Origin: Malacoraja senta
Lineage: Eukaryota
Direction of reading: 5' to 3'
Length of the DNA: 64,000 bases
Assembly: GCA_038087875.1 (NCBI GenBank)
Contig: CM075990.1
Coordinates: forward strand, 15,068,001-15,132,000
Shown here piece by piece: positions 1-11,920 of the stretch (the first letter of the stretch is position 1; the number at the start of each line of letters is the position of its first letter). A program made the translations under genes and the position numbers. Below the pieces are notes generated by a model. It did no database searches. It saw nothing but the letters and a program-made list of their open reading frames with translations, and was not told the DNA's origin.

Positions 1-128
1 TTGGTTTACTTTAGAGATAGTTTAGAGATACAGCATAGAGACTGGGGTTCGATCCTGACTCTGGGTGCTGCCTGTATGGAGTTGGCATGTTCTCCTTCTG
101 ATCGGGTGATATGGTTTCCTCCCACATT

Positions 129-434
129 TCAGTTTAGTTGAGAGATAGAGCACGGAAACAGGCCCTTCGGCCCACCGAGTCCGCACCGACCAGCGATCCC
201 TGCACATTAACACTATCCTACACACACTCGGGACAATTTACACACATACACCAAGCCAATTAATCTACATAGCTGTACGTCTTTGGAGTGTGGGAGGAAA
301 CCAAAGATCTCGGAGAAAACCCACGCGGTCACAGGGCGAATGTACAAACTCCATACAGCCGGCACCTGTAGTCAGGATCGAACCTGGGTCTCTGGCGCTG
401 CAAGGCAACAACTCTATCACTGCGCCACTGTGAC
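129..434 (-). mobile_element. tRNA-derived V-SINE (HE1-like), near full length
   Basis: Reverse strand carries A-box-like TGGCGCAGTGA, B-box GGTTCGATCC, the V-SINE core and a CR1-type tail (GGGCCGAAGGGCCTGTTTCC); a + strand head fragment lies at ~38-125. Confidence 0.85.
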
Positions 435-560
435 CATCCTTCTTCAGTCTTTACATTCAATGATGGGGTGGTGGAAAATAAATACTTGTGCTGCATAGCT
501 GGATCCCAAGGTGGGTCCCAGTAGCTTTCCCCTTACTCTGTGTTACCCTGGTGCCATCAT

Positions 561-1536
561 AATAATAATAATAATAGATTTTATTTATATAGCGCTTTTC
601 AGGACTCAAAGTCGCTTTACAATTGAGAGTCAGGAATAAACAAAACAAAATAGAGCAGTAAGACAGAGGGGAGGGGAACATGGGACTAAGGGTATGCAGA
701 GGTGAAGAGATGGGTCTTGAGGCGGGACTGGAAGATGGTGAGGGACTCAGAATTTCCGACCGGTTGTGGGTGGGAATTCCAGAGCCTGGAAGCTGCCCTG
801 GAGAAGGCTCTGCCTCCAAAAGTGCAGAGGTTTGATTTCGGAGTGGAGAGGAGACCAGCTGATGTGGATCTGAGGGACCGTGAGGGTTGGTAGGGGGAGA
901 GGAGGTCAATGAGATAAGGGGGGGGCAGGTTGTTGAGGGCTTTGTAGGTGAGGACCAGGATTTTGTAGGTGATCCGGTGGGAAATGGGAAGCCAGTGAAG
1001 TTCTTTGAGAACTGGGGTGATGTGGTGCCAGGATTTGGTGTGGGTAATGAGTCGAGCGGCTGCATTTTGGACCAGTTGGAGTTGTTTGATGCTGCTGGAA
1101 TTGATTCCGAAAAGAAGAGAGTTACAGTAGTCCAGTCGGGAGGAGATGAAGGCATGGATGAGTCTTTCAGCAGCGGGGGGTGTGAGAGACGATCTGATTT
1201 TTGCAATGTTGCGGAGGTGAAAAAATGATGTTTTGACAACATGGCGGATGTGAGGCTCAACGGAGAGGGTTGAGTCAAGGATCACGCCAAGGTTGCGTGC
1301 CTGAGGAGATGGGGAGACAGTGGTGCCGTCGATAGTGAGAGTGGGGTTGTTAATTTTAGTGAGTGTTGATTTGGAGCCAATGAGGAGAAATTCTGTTTTG
1401 CTACTGTTTAATTTAAGGAAGTTGAGTTGCATCCAAGATTTGATGGCTGACAGGCAGGAGTTGATATGGGAGAGAGGGGGGTGGTGGGGGGACTTGGTGC
1501 TGAGATAGATCTGGGTGTCATCAGCATAGCAGTGGA
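561..1536 (-). mobile_element. 5'-truncated L2-clade LINE (RT C-terminus plus 3'UTR)
   Basis: FHCYADDTQIY near 1536-1504, then a frameshift in a G-run into ORF 686..1432 (LKLNSSKTE, RNLGVILD, SRLDYCNSLL, LHWLPI); (TAT)n tail; ATCAT on both sides (556-560, 1537-1541). Confidence 0.92.
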
Positions 1537-2429
1537 ATCATCCTCCCACGTGGCAGATACAAGGTCACCACCCAGGTTCCATGAACATCCTCTGTGTATG
1601 CTTGAACCCAGCTGCAGATACAATGGTTCTGGTCTTACAATGAAGTCTTGAGAAAACTGCTGCTCACAACATCATTACTCTGTGCAGACACAGAAGGTCA
1701 CGCAAAGCAGGATGCACTTAATCCATGCTAAAAAGCGAACACTCAGAGATACATTCAGTTATCTTGGCACTTTTCTCTACAAGTAAAAGCCCTGTTTCAC
1801 TGTGCGAGTTGACCCACGAGTGACCCCGAGTGAAAGACTCGTGGTTGCGTACGAGACTACAAGTTTATGATCCAGAGTTTAACCGAGTTCCCACGGGTAT
1901 GTCTAAGTTTGCCGTTTACTTCTCATTTCTGCGATGTTCCAAGTTCGTCTCCCGAGTGTACCAAGTTCCTCTCCCGTTAATCTTGAGGCAACAATGTATA
2001 TCGACGTGTTGAAAAATCATCACATGTTAAAAAAATGATGTCATGCTTTTTTTTTACATACTATAAAAAGCCTGCCTTGTTTAAATTGGCTGTTGAATCT
2101 CCTGTTGAATCTCCTGTTGCCTCTCCTCCTCCTCTCCTCCTCCTCCTCCTGTATGACTATAGCCTCCATGGCAGGTTTTTTGTAAGGCTCTGCTCTTCCC
2201 TTTCGTCGAACTTTTCTGGGAGCCATCTCTAGCAAGCTTCTTATCAAAAAGATTCACCAGCAATGAGGTGCAACGCCCAAGATTGACCCAGGTCACATGC
2301 TGATGTTGAAGTCACCTTTTTTTTACTCACCTTTTTTTTCCTCTGTCCAGCTGACGAGTTCAGAGTGCACATGAGAGTCACCGGAGTCATGTCTGATTGC
2401 CTGGGCAGCCTACCAGCTTCCACAGTCTA

Positions 2430-2715
2430 CATCGTACGAAGCATCATATTGTGATGCATCAATGCCTGTTTTGGGAGCAGCTTTGCCCTAGAGCACAGTA
2501 TATATTACAGAGACTTGCAAATGTAGTGCAGTCTATTACACAGGCCAGCTTTCCCCCTATCAACTCAATCTACACTTCGACCTGCTTCGGGAAGCAGCCA
2601 ACGTACCATTCCTTCCTCTCCTTTCACCCCGTGAGCAGATAATACAAACGCTCACATACACGTACTACCTGATTCAGGGACAGCTCCTTCCTCACTGTCA
2701 TTAGATTGCTGAAAC
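2430..2715 (+). mobile_element. Degenerate Rex1/Babar LINE 3' fragment
   Basis: Decayed similarity to the 28382-28968 copy (e.g. GATTCAGGGACAGCTCCTTCC). Confidence 0.6.
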
Positions 2716-2731
2716 GGAAGTTTTTCGGTGT

Positions 2732-2822
2732 GTGAAGAAGGGTCTCGACCCGAAACGTCACCCATTCTTTCTCTCCAGAGATGCTGCCTGTCTCGCTGAG
2801 TCCAGCATTTTGTGTCTATCTT
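2732..2822 (+). mobile_element. Penelope-like terminal unit with hammerhead-type core
   Basis: GTGAAGAAGGGTCTCGACCCGAAACGTC (first core base mutated) followed by the recurrent AGAGATGCTGCC...CCAGCATTTTGTGTC tail. Confidence 0.75.
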
Positions 2823-3799
2823 CTCATAACTGAAGTCCTGATCTCCTGATATACCCCATTACAGCTCTTGGACAAAAAAACTCGAAACTTTGTTGTGTTG
2901 TATCTGCACGCTGGTATTTTTTTCTCTTTGCGCTAGCTATTTATTGCACTTATGTATGGCTTTATTTCAAAACTCGCAAACATTCAGGTGACAAAATAAC
3001 CCAATATCAATACCATGTCCGCCTCATCCCAGTTTTGGGGGATAGGGGGGGGGGGGGGGGTAGGATCATGATATGAATCTGTGCCAAGTTGTAAAACTCC
3101 AGCCGGGATACCGTCGTCTCCGGATTCGTGATCATACCAGTAATATTGTGAGATCGACATACTGTTGGCACTCGCAATATTACTGGCATTATCACTAATC
3201 AATTATTACATCTCAGAATTTGTATAACAATATTTCATGTTCCCCGAGAACATTAGCACTTTAACACTGCACTTTGGGATCTTATTTGCCATCGGGTAAA
3301 ATATTGTGATTATGGTCATGTTAAGAATTAAAAGTCATAAAATCAATGTGTGAAATGAGATTCTTATTTTTCAAAGTCTCTCATAGGAAACAATGAGTGT
3401 ATAGAGCCCAGGGAGAGGGGGAGAAAGGGACGTACACTCACAGAGGCAGAGTCTCTCAGCCTGCGTGAGAGGGAGGGAGGGAGAGAGAGACACACACACA
3501 AGGTGAATGTGAAATCTCACCTGCCTGTTTCAGTGACAGGCACCCGCAGCCAGTGAATGAAGACAGCCCCATCTGTTTCCCCCTCCTCTCCCTCCACTCT
3601 CCACCCCCTCTCCTCCACCCCACCCCCCTCACCCCCCCTCCCCCAATTTGGAAATGTCATCCCATCACCCATTCCTTCTCTCCAGAGATGCTGCCTGCCC
3701 GCTGTTAAAGAGTTCCCACTTGCAGCAGGATAACAGGCCAGTAAACACAATACTCATAGATAATATACTAAACAAAGAAAATATATATTAAAAAATCCA

Positions 3800-4040
3800 G
3801 TATTATTGCAAAAATCCCAAAGTCCTTAGTGCAACCAAGTTAGTTTGTAGTTCATAGTTTAGTTAGCATTTGTAGCGTTCAAGAGCCCGATGGTTGTTGG
3901 GAAGAAGCTGTTCTTGAACCTGGAGGTCATGGTTTTCAGATTCTTATACCTTCTGCTCAGCAGGAATGAAATGAGAGCATGGCCAGGGTAGTGTGGGTCC
4001 ATGACAATGCTGGCTGCCTTTTTGAGGCAGCACCTCCTAT
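3800..4040 (-). mobile_element. Degenerate Rex1/Babar LINE 3' fragment
   Basis: GATGGTTGTTGGGAAGAAGCTGTTCTTGAACCTGG and GGCCAGGGTAGTGTGGGTCC, the reverse complement of the Rex RT C-terminus. Confidence 0.7.
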
Positions 4041-5179
4041 AGAACGCTTTGATTCAGTTAAGTTCAGTAAAGAGATCGGGAATCTGGCATCATGGCTTGA
4101 GAATAAAACCCAGCCTTTAACATCCGCATAATGAAAGAGTTGGTGTTGTCCTACGGAACAGGGGTGCAGGAGAGGTGAACACAACCCTGTCTTCTTCAAC
4201 AGCACTGGTAGAGATGGCTTCTGGACGTGACTGGCAAACCTCAGATTAGGCTGCCATGAAGTGTCATAAAATGTTCTCACGCTGTTCCCCAATACTGGGT
4301 TGTCTTAAGGTTGTGAGCTCAGTCCCAAATACACAAAATTTATATATAAACTTAAAGCAATTTTTTCTTTTCTACCCACTCTGTCACCTTATCAATAACT
4401 TTTACTTTGTTAAGCAGAATTTGTCTTTAAAAAGTCTAAGTAACTGATATTTCTGTCCCTGATTATTGTTTCTAAAAAGAGTTCCCACAGTAGAATCACG
4501 AGTCACAAAGGTAAACGCACGGGCCACTACATTCTTACAACGAGTTGAAATGTTTCAAATTTTAACCTCAAGAGTACATTTTACTCATGGAAAAGTTCAA
4601 ACATGTTTGAACTTTTTCAAGAGTTAACAAGTTTCACGGGTACCTGCCGTTAGCGCCACGAGTCGCTAAGTTGCGTCCACGAGTTCCGACGTTCCCGCTA
4701 CGTTAATTGTACGTGATTACCACGAGTTAAATTTGTTTTAAACTCGGGGTACCTCGTGGGTCAGCTCGCACAGTGTAACAGGGGTTTAAGGATTTCAAAT
4801 GTAACAGCAATTCCCAGCAATTGCAATGGAAAAATATAAACTAGGATTAATTTTTTCCATTGAGTTTCTTTATAGTGCTTAGTCACGTGGAGCTGAACTA
4901 GGTTTGCACTTCATTAAATTTAAAGGAATCAAAGTTATCTTGAAGCATTTTGAATGTTTTGGGCTTAGCGATTAAGAAATTAAAACTTGAATTGTTAAAA
5001 TAGTTTTTGAATTATTATCTATGTCAGAAATAGTCATGCAGTTTTGACATGAAGTCAAGGCATGTGGGTTAGCTTGCTATTTGCGATTTTTTTTTCAGCA
5101 CTTGCAGACTGGTCATGTTGTCAACTAACCACATGATACCATTATGGTGCAGATGTTTTGTGAATGCACTGTGATTAGA

Positions 5180-5362
5180 GTCATTCAGTCATATAGCATA
5201 GAAATGGGCTCTTTGGCCCAAATCTCTAGGCTGACCAAGATGCCCCTCTAAGCAAATTACCTGCATTTGATCTATTTCCCTCTCAAACTTTCCGATCCAT
5301 ACATCTGTCCAAATCTCTTTCAAGATCTGATCTTGTACCTGCTTCAACTACCTCCTCTGGCA
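5180..5362 (-). mobile_element. CR1 LINE 3' fragment
   Basis: Reverse of the CR1 tail seen at 44460-44646 (CCTGCTTCAACTACCTCCTCTGGCA). Confidence 0.7.
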
Positions 5363-5656
5363 GTTAGCTCCACTATTGGACTATAAGTTGGAGTTGACCA
5401 AAGAGTGTGGTATGTCCACGATTTCTCCTGATGCCAGTGGCAAGCATAGATACTTGCTGGTGACCACAGATACTGGGAGAGGGAGGCACGCTGGAACCAA
5501 AGCTATACCAGAGTCATTCAACCCAAGCCTTCATATGTCAGGGTGACGGAGAGCAAGTAGGAATTGGTGGTCATTCATTCATTCATTCATTATCCTTTAA
5601 TCAGAGGTATTGGGGCAATTCATTAATTTATTTTCGAATTCTATCAATTATTATAT

Positions 5657-5785
5657 CTGAAGAAGGGCCTCGACCCGAAACATCGCCTATTCCTTCTCTC
5701 CATAGATGCTGCCTCACCCGCTGAGTTCCTCCAGCATTTTTGTCTACCTTCGATTTTTCCAGCATCGGCAGTTCTTTCTTAAACT
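5657..5785 (+). mobile_element. Penelope-like terminal unit with hammerhead-type core
   Basis: CTGAAGAAGGGCCTCGACCCGAAACATC plus conserved tail. Confidence 0.8.
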
Positions 5786-6754
5786 CTTAACTATTATGGC
5801 TAGTCTTTTTTTTTAACCCTAATTTACCACCATAAATATTTTCAATGCCTTTTCATTCTAATGTTTTTTTAGAAATATGCTGTATCCACTTAATGAAGAA
5901 ATACTGAATAGTTGGTGAATTATTAAACCCAGATAAGCTTGGAGTACTTTGAAAGGAAAATATGCTATTAATTTGAATTTTAGATTTGTTTATTTTGTTT
6001 CTGATCAATTTCCTTCGTACTAAATCAGTGGTATATATAATTTTTTTTAAGCCCCTTGTTGGTGAAATGCCCAAGTAATTTTAGGTTTATCCGTCAAAGC
6101 ATCCATACATGTCTTGTGTCTATTTTTTAACTCAACATCTGGATGTTGGAAAGGTGCAGACCTGGACTGACATGACAATACATTTACCTCTGAACACTGC
6201 AAGCCTCTCTGATTGAGCCTGTGTGTTGTGACTGACCTACAGTTAGATATTATATAGTGTAAAATTGCCATTGAAGTGGATCTGATATTCAATTTGCAAG
6301 GCAGATTGATGACATCAAGTGGGCTACAACAAAAAATATATATCATTATCAATAAAGGATATTCTATCGGCCTGGACTAGTGCCAGACCACTAGTTCTGT
6401 TGCTAGGCTCAGATAGAATAATAATCTCTTCCCTGTTTTTAATAAGCTAATGATGTCACAAAGGTTTCCTCCATGCATTTGTTATGGCTGTTGCATTTGT
6501 GATGAATGAGCAGGATATGACTGTTTTGACTGTTCCTCGAATCATAATTCTGTGAAATTTGAAAGCAAGTTCATAATTATATGCATCTATGCAATTGCCA
6601 AAATTCATCAGCATGGTAACTTCTTGCGTCTATTATGAGGATGGCCCATGGAAGTCGTGGGTAAAGAAGCAATTCTGCAGGTTTTTGCAACTTGGAAACA
6701 TTGCTGCAATTATTTAACCCTAGTCATCTGGCATCAATGTCAGGAATCAGAAGG

Positions 6755-6841
6755 TAGACTCAAAATGCTGGAGTAACTCAGCGGGACAGGCTGGAGAGAA
6801 GGAATGGGTGATATTTCAGGTGGAGACCCTTCTTCAGACCC
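6755..6841 (-). mobile_element. Penelope-like unit with 14-bp target duplication
   Basis: CAGGAATCAGAAGG at 6741-6754 and 6842-6855. Confidence 0.8.
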
Positions 6842-6874
6842 CAGGAATCAGAAGGACTGATTCACCACACAGTA

Positions 6875-7145
6875 GTGACACACTGACGCAGCATGTCGGG
6901 TTGTTGTCCCATAATTCCAGAGACTCAGGTTCAATCTTGACTTTGGGCGTTGTCTGTGTGGAGTTTGCATGTTCTCTCTGTGACCAGGCATGTTTTGGCT
7001 GCATGTTTTTCCTCCCATATCCCAAAGATAATTTGGCTAAATGGGACGGCAGGCTAAAAGACCACGATAAATTAGCTTTGTAGATGTTTGGCATAGATTC
7101 GGTAAGCTGGAGGACCTGTTTCCTTGCGCTAGATCTCCATGACTG
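6875..7145 (+). mobile_element. Diverged V-SINE (HE1-like)
   Basis: GGTTCAATCTTGA B-box-like; TGTGTGGAGTTTGCATGTTCTC core. Confidence 0.75.
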
Positions 7146-7312
7146 TTGTACTGTAACTTTGTTAGCCCTTATATTTGCTCATTCGGTTTGTTGTAAGGCC
7201 CTCCAATAAAAACGACAACAGCATTCACTTTGTGCCTGCAGCGCAGTGGTCCAAACCGTGTTGGATCCAACGTAATACTCGCCTCAGTCTTTGTCCATTC
7301 TCATTTACCCAG

Positions 7313-7436
7313 GGAGAGGATCAATCTGGCTTGGTAGGTGCTGCATCACAAACCCTCAGCCATGAATTGGCCCTGGCTGGTCTGGCTGCTAAGTCCCTGT
7401 CCCAGAATGTCCTGGGGCCATTTGACTGGAGGTCAG
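7313..7436 (+). other. Candidate exon of an unidentified host transcript
   Basis: Pyrimidine tract plus CAG acceptor (TTGTCCATTCTCATTTACCCAG), donor CAG|GTGAGG, GCCATG at 7359-7364 opening 25 codons up to the donor. Confidence 0.3.
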
Positions 7437-8267
7437 GTGAGGAATCTCCTCAACATCTCCTTCTGTCAAATCCTGTGGGGCTATTTATCTAGTTTTAAAC
7501 TGCTCTGAAAGTCGGAAACATGCGATTTTTAGGATTAGTACAAAAAAGTATCAATAGTTAAAAACACACAATGCTAAAAAGTAATCAAGATATTAATATA
7601 AAATAAAATAAAATTCCTCTTATCTCCAAGCTGGTGGATCATACCCATCATATTGGATGTTTAAGCATGACAGAAATTAGTCCTCCACAGCCAAATTTCA
7701 GTGCTGATCTGTTAGCAATTGTCCGATTGTTTCTGTGGTAATTCTGAACAAAGTCAGCATGAAAGACCCTCGGGTGCCTTTGAGAAACTGTAATTTGGAA
7801 CCTGCGGCAATACGACAATGTGGATTGAGTTTCTCAATTGAAGTTGTGAAGCAATGGATTCTTCCTTCAAGGTGTTTTAGTTTCTTAAGATTGATCTTGA
7901 AGTTTCATCACATTTGAGCTTAGCGATAAGTAATTTCAGAATTTAGTCAAGCTCTTTAGGAAAATCCTGGACCATATGTTGCAGGGTATCTTTGGTGTCT
8001 TGCGATGCCCATTGTTAACTAAAACAGTGTGGGGATTGTTGAACCAGGATCCTCAATGATCAAATCCATGTTGACTGCCACATGACAAATTTCCTGGTAT
8101 GTCGAATTTCTTCAAAAAGAAATGCAAATTAACTTATTCCATCCAATCACTTAAAATCTAAGGAATGATTGTATTTCTTTCCCAATATGTTGTGAAATTC
8201 AGCAAGATGACAATCGGTCACCTAAACCCTAAAGATCAGGGCTGTTGGGTCGAGGTAGGGGAGACTA

Positions 8268-8365
8268 GTCTGAAGAGAGGTCTCGACCCGAGACGTCACC
8301 CCTTCCTTCTCTCCAGAGATGCTGCCTGCCCCACTGAGTTGCTCCAGCATTTTGTGTCTACCCTA
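8268..8365 (+). mobile_element. Penelope-like terminal unit (hammerhead core decayed)
   Basis: CTGAAGAGAGGTCTCGACCCGAGACGTC plus tail. Confidence 0.75.
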
Positions 8366-9707
8366 GATAAACAAAATGCAGCCTTTCAGAACCGCTCCAT
8401 TTTATGCACTCAGGACTCTCATTTTGCTGAAATCACAATTCGCTGAAACATACTTGGAGAAAAATGTAATATATTTTCCCTTTCTTTAATCTTCCAGTTT
8501 ATGTGCCAAAGAGATCTCATTTGGGAAGCAGAATAGATGGCAATAAAGATTCTGTCGACGTCAACAGTAACACTACGATTGATTAACTGAAAGGTTCATC
8601 TAATTAAAGATGAACAAGATTTATCTAACTGAGTTTACAGGTTGTCTTGAATGTTGTAACCTTTGTAAATTTATGCCACCTTTAACCTGACTGGAATCTG
8701 GGAAGCTCTGTGCCAGAAGGCTAATAGAATATAGATAATACCAGCATCATTCCCATTTCCACAAAATACATGTATCACTTTGTGCAATTTCTTATTTGAA
8801 TTGGAACCAAACCACTGGTCTTGAATGCATTTAGTTCAGCTTGTCTCATTACTGGTGGTATGATGGTATGATTTTCTCAGTGAAAGTGTGTTGCTGAGTT
8901 GATTTTGTAGGTGTGTGTGAAAGTGTTCTTATGAATACATTTTTAGCAGCTTAGACTATTGAAACTCATCTATAATCTGTGTCGGCAGCAGATAAAACCT
9001 CCAAGCTAATGATATGTTTATTGCATAATCAATTTTGTGAATCATTATCAACAATCCTTTAAAATTCAGTGCAGACAGCAGCTTTTAGATTATTTTTATT
9101 CATTGTTTTCAAATGTTTGCTGATATTGAAATTCATATAAAATATGCAGTAACTGCAAATAAAATCTGTGCTTTCTGATTGCTGTTTTTGCACACAGCTG
9201 TGTAATAAAATTTAGAGAGAAATTGTTTTTAAGGCTCTTAAATAAATCCTACAATTAATAAACCATTTTGCATTCTTCAGAAGATCGGAGTTAAACACTG
9301 CTTCTTTTAAGTGGAAATAACTTTAAAAAGTAAAAGAATGATCCATGCCTATTTAAGTATATCTATACTGCAATTATCTGGATTAATAAAAATCTACTGA
9401 TAAAATTGCAATATTTTTTTTTAAAGTAAATTTTCTTAATATTCTCAATATTAGCAGTTAACTTTCAAATTTTCTAAGAAGAAAATACATCAGTCAATGG
9501 GTTTTATGATTTTTTTTTTAATTTACTGTGAATTTTAGACCATATATATATAATTACAATTGAAAATGATGTAAAAATGTTATTGTGGCTGGTACCTGTA
9601 TATCATCATTAACAAAGTTTGTTCCCAAGTATGATGAAAGAGCAGGAGTGAGGAAAGAGTTGGGGGAAAGTGCAGGATGTGGGGACATTTGTTGAAGGAT
9701 ACGATTA

Positions 9708-10466
9708 GGTGGCCGATTAGGAAATGGGGAGATGCAGCGAGACCTGGGTGTCATGGTACACCAGTCATTGAAAGTAGGCATGCAGGTGCAGCAGGCAGTG
9801 AAGAAAGCGAATGGTATGTTAGCTTTCATAGCAAAGGGATTTGAGTATAGGAGCAGGGAGGTTCTACTGCAGTTGTACAGGGTCTTGGTGAGACCACACC
9901 TGGAGTATTGCGTACAGTTTTGGTCTCCAAATCTGAGGAAGGACATTATAGCCATAGAGGGAGTGCAGAAAAGGTTCACCAGACTGATTCCTGGGATGTC
10001 AGGACTTTCATATGAAGAAAGACTGGATAGACTTGGCTTATACTCGCTAGAATTTAGGAGATTGAGAGGGGATCTTATAGAAACGTACAAAATTCTTATG
10101 GGATTGGACAGGCTAGATGCAGGAAGATTGTTCCCGATGTTGGGGAAGTCCAGGACAAGGGGTCACAGCTTAATGATAAGGGGGAAATCCGTTAAGACCG
10201 AGATGAGGAAAAGCTTTTTCACACAGAGAGTGGTGAATCTCTGGAACTCTCTACCACAGAGGGTAGTTGAGGCCAGTTCATTGGCTATATTTAAGAGGGA
10301 GTTAGATATGGCCCTTGTGGCTAAAGGGATCAGGGGGTATGGAGAGAAGGCAGGTACGGGACACTGAGTTCGATGATCAGCCATGATCATATTGAATGGC
10401 GGTGCAGGCTCGAAGGGCCGAATGGCCTACTCCTGCACCTATTTTCTATGTATCTATGTATCTATG
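9708..10466 (+). mobile_element. Young 5'-truncated CR1 LINE (HER1-like)
   Basis: Uninterrupted ORF 9732..10367 (RDLGV, LVRPHLEYCVQFWSP, RRLRGDLIE, FFTQRVVNLWNSLP); 3'UTR ends in (TATCTATG)n-like repeats. Confidence 0.95.
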
Positions 10467-10548
10467 ATACACAAAACAAAATGCTGAAGTAACTCAGCAG
10501 GTCAGGCAGCATCTCTGGTGAACATGGATATTTCTGATTGGGACAACC

Positions 10549-10824
10549 TGGTGGTGTAGTGGTAAAGCTACTGCCTACAGCGCCAGAGACCCGGGTTCGA
10601 TCCTGACTAAGGGTGCTTTACCAGTATGTAGTTTGTGCATTCTCCTCATGGGTTTTCATCAAGATCTTTGGTTTCCTTCCACACTCCAAAGACGTACAGG
10701 TTTGGAGGTTAATTGGCTTGGTATAAATGTAAAATTAGCCCTAGTGTATGTAGGGATGGTCGGCGCGGACCCGGTGGGCTGAAGGGCCTGTTTCCGCACT
10801 ATATCTCTGAATTAAAATCTCTAA
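10549..10824 (+). mobile_element. V-SINE (HE1-like)
   Basis: TGGTGTAGTGG A-box, GGTTCGATCC B-box, CR1-type tail. Confidence 0.85.
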
Positions 10825-10847
10825 AGGAAACCTCATCAGACCTCATC

Positions 10848-11150
10848 AGACAGGGCCGCATTCTTAGAATAAAGGGGATGCCATTTAGGACTGAGGTGAG
10901 AAAAAACTTTTGCACCCAGAGAGTTGTGAAATTGTGGAATTCCCTGCCATAGAGGGCAGTGGAGGCCAAATCACTGGATGGATTTAAGAGAGTTAGATAG
11001 AGCTCTAGAGGCTGGTGGAATCAAGGGATATGGGGAGAAGCCATGCTCGGGTTATTGATTGGGGACGATCAGCCATGATCACAATGAATAGCGTTGCTGG
11101 CTCGATGGGCCAAACGGCCTCCTCCTGCACCTATTTTCTATGTTTCTTTG
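10848..11150 (+). mobile_element. CR1 LINE 3' fragment
   Basis: FRTEVRKNFCTQRVVKLWNSLP plus a 3'UTR like the 9708 copy. Confidence 0.85.
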
Positions 11151-11399
11151 CAAACCAGCATCTGCAGTGGCTCATTTCCCTATAACTCTATCACTACCTG
11201 AAACATACATTCTCTGCATGATCACTATACAGTTTGTAGCATGTGTAAAATGCACTACAATTACATACCTGGGCTACTTGAGAACTTTCTAAGTTCACAA
11301 CCACTACCACCAAGGCGAACACTGGGTTCAGGTGCATTGGAGAACCATCACCATCTCAAGGGCAATAAATGCTTAGATCCCATAACTATAATTAGCAGT

Positions 11400-11531
11400 C
11401 TGGGGGAAGGGTCTTGACCCAAAATGTCACCCACTCCTTCTCTCAAATGATGCTGCCTGTCCTGCTGAGCTGCTATAGCATTTTGTGTCACTCTTCAGTT
11501 TAAGCCAGCATCTGCAGTTCCTTCCTACACC
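11400..11531 (+). mobile_element. Penelope-like unit with 12-bp target duplication
   Basis: ATAATTAGCAGT at 11388-11399 and 11532-11543. Confidence 0.75.
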
Positions 11532-11611
11532 ATAATTAGCAGTATGTACGAAATTGGTGAAATGAACAGCTTTTTTGGTCAGTATGTTTTTAAACAAAGT
11601 AATGTGTGTAA

Positions 11612-11920
11612 AGCCCCTGTCCCACTTACCCGAGTTACTCACGAATTCTCCCGAGTTTTCCCCTTGATTCAAACTCGGAGAATGTCCGTAGCGAGGCCGT
11701 AGGAGTCCGTAGATATATCGTAGCGGCTCGTAATGCCAGCCGTAGGTACTCGGGGCATCAGGTAAGTCGGGACGTTTTTTCAGCATGTTGAAAAATGTCC
11801 ACGAGTGAAAAAAATAGCCCCGAGTACCTACGGCTGGCGATTACCGTAATTCTCTGAGTTTGAATTAAGGGGAAAACTCGGGAGAATTCGTGAGTAACTC
11901 GGGAAAGTGGGACAGGGGCT
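11612..11920. mobile_element. Harbinger-type MITE, family A
   Basis: Long TIRs AGCCCCTGTCCCACTT...AAGTGGGACAGGGGCT; TAA on both sides. Confidence 0.92.

Larger units (their letters stand above)
1787..4786. mobile_element. PIF/Harbinger-like TIR element, 3.0 kb, non-autonomous, with nested insertions
   Basis: Left end AAGCCCTGTTTCACTGTGCGAGTTGACCCACGAG matches the reverse complement of right end CTCGTGGGTCAGCTCGCACAGTGTAACAGGGGTT; TAA on both sides (1784-1786, 4787-4789). Confidence 0.75.

Noticed and set aside
457..1278. 273-aa Ser/Pro-rich ORF
   Set aside because: Alternative frame overlapping the real L2 RT frame
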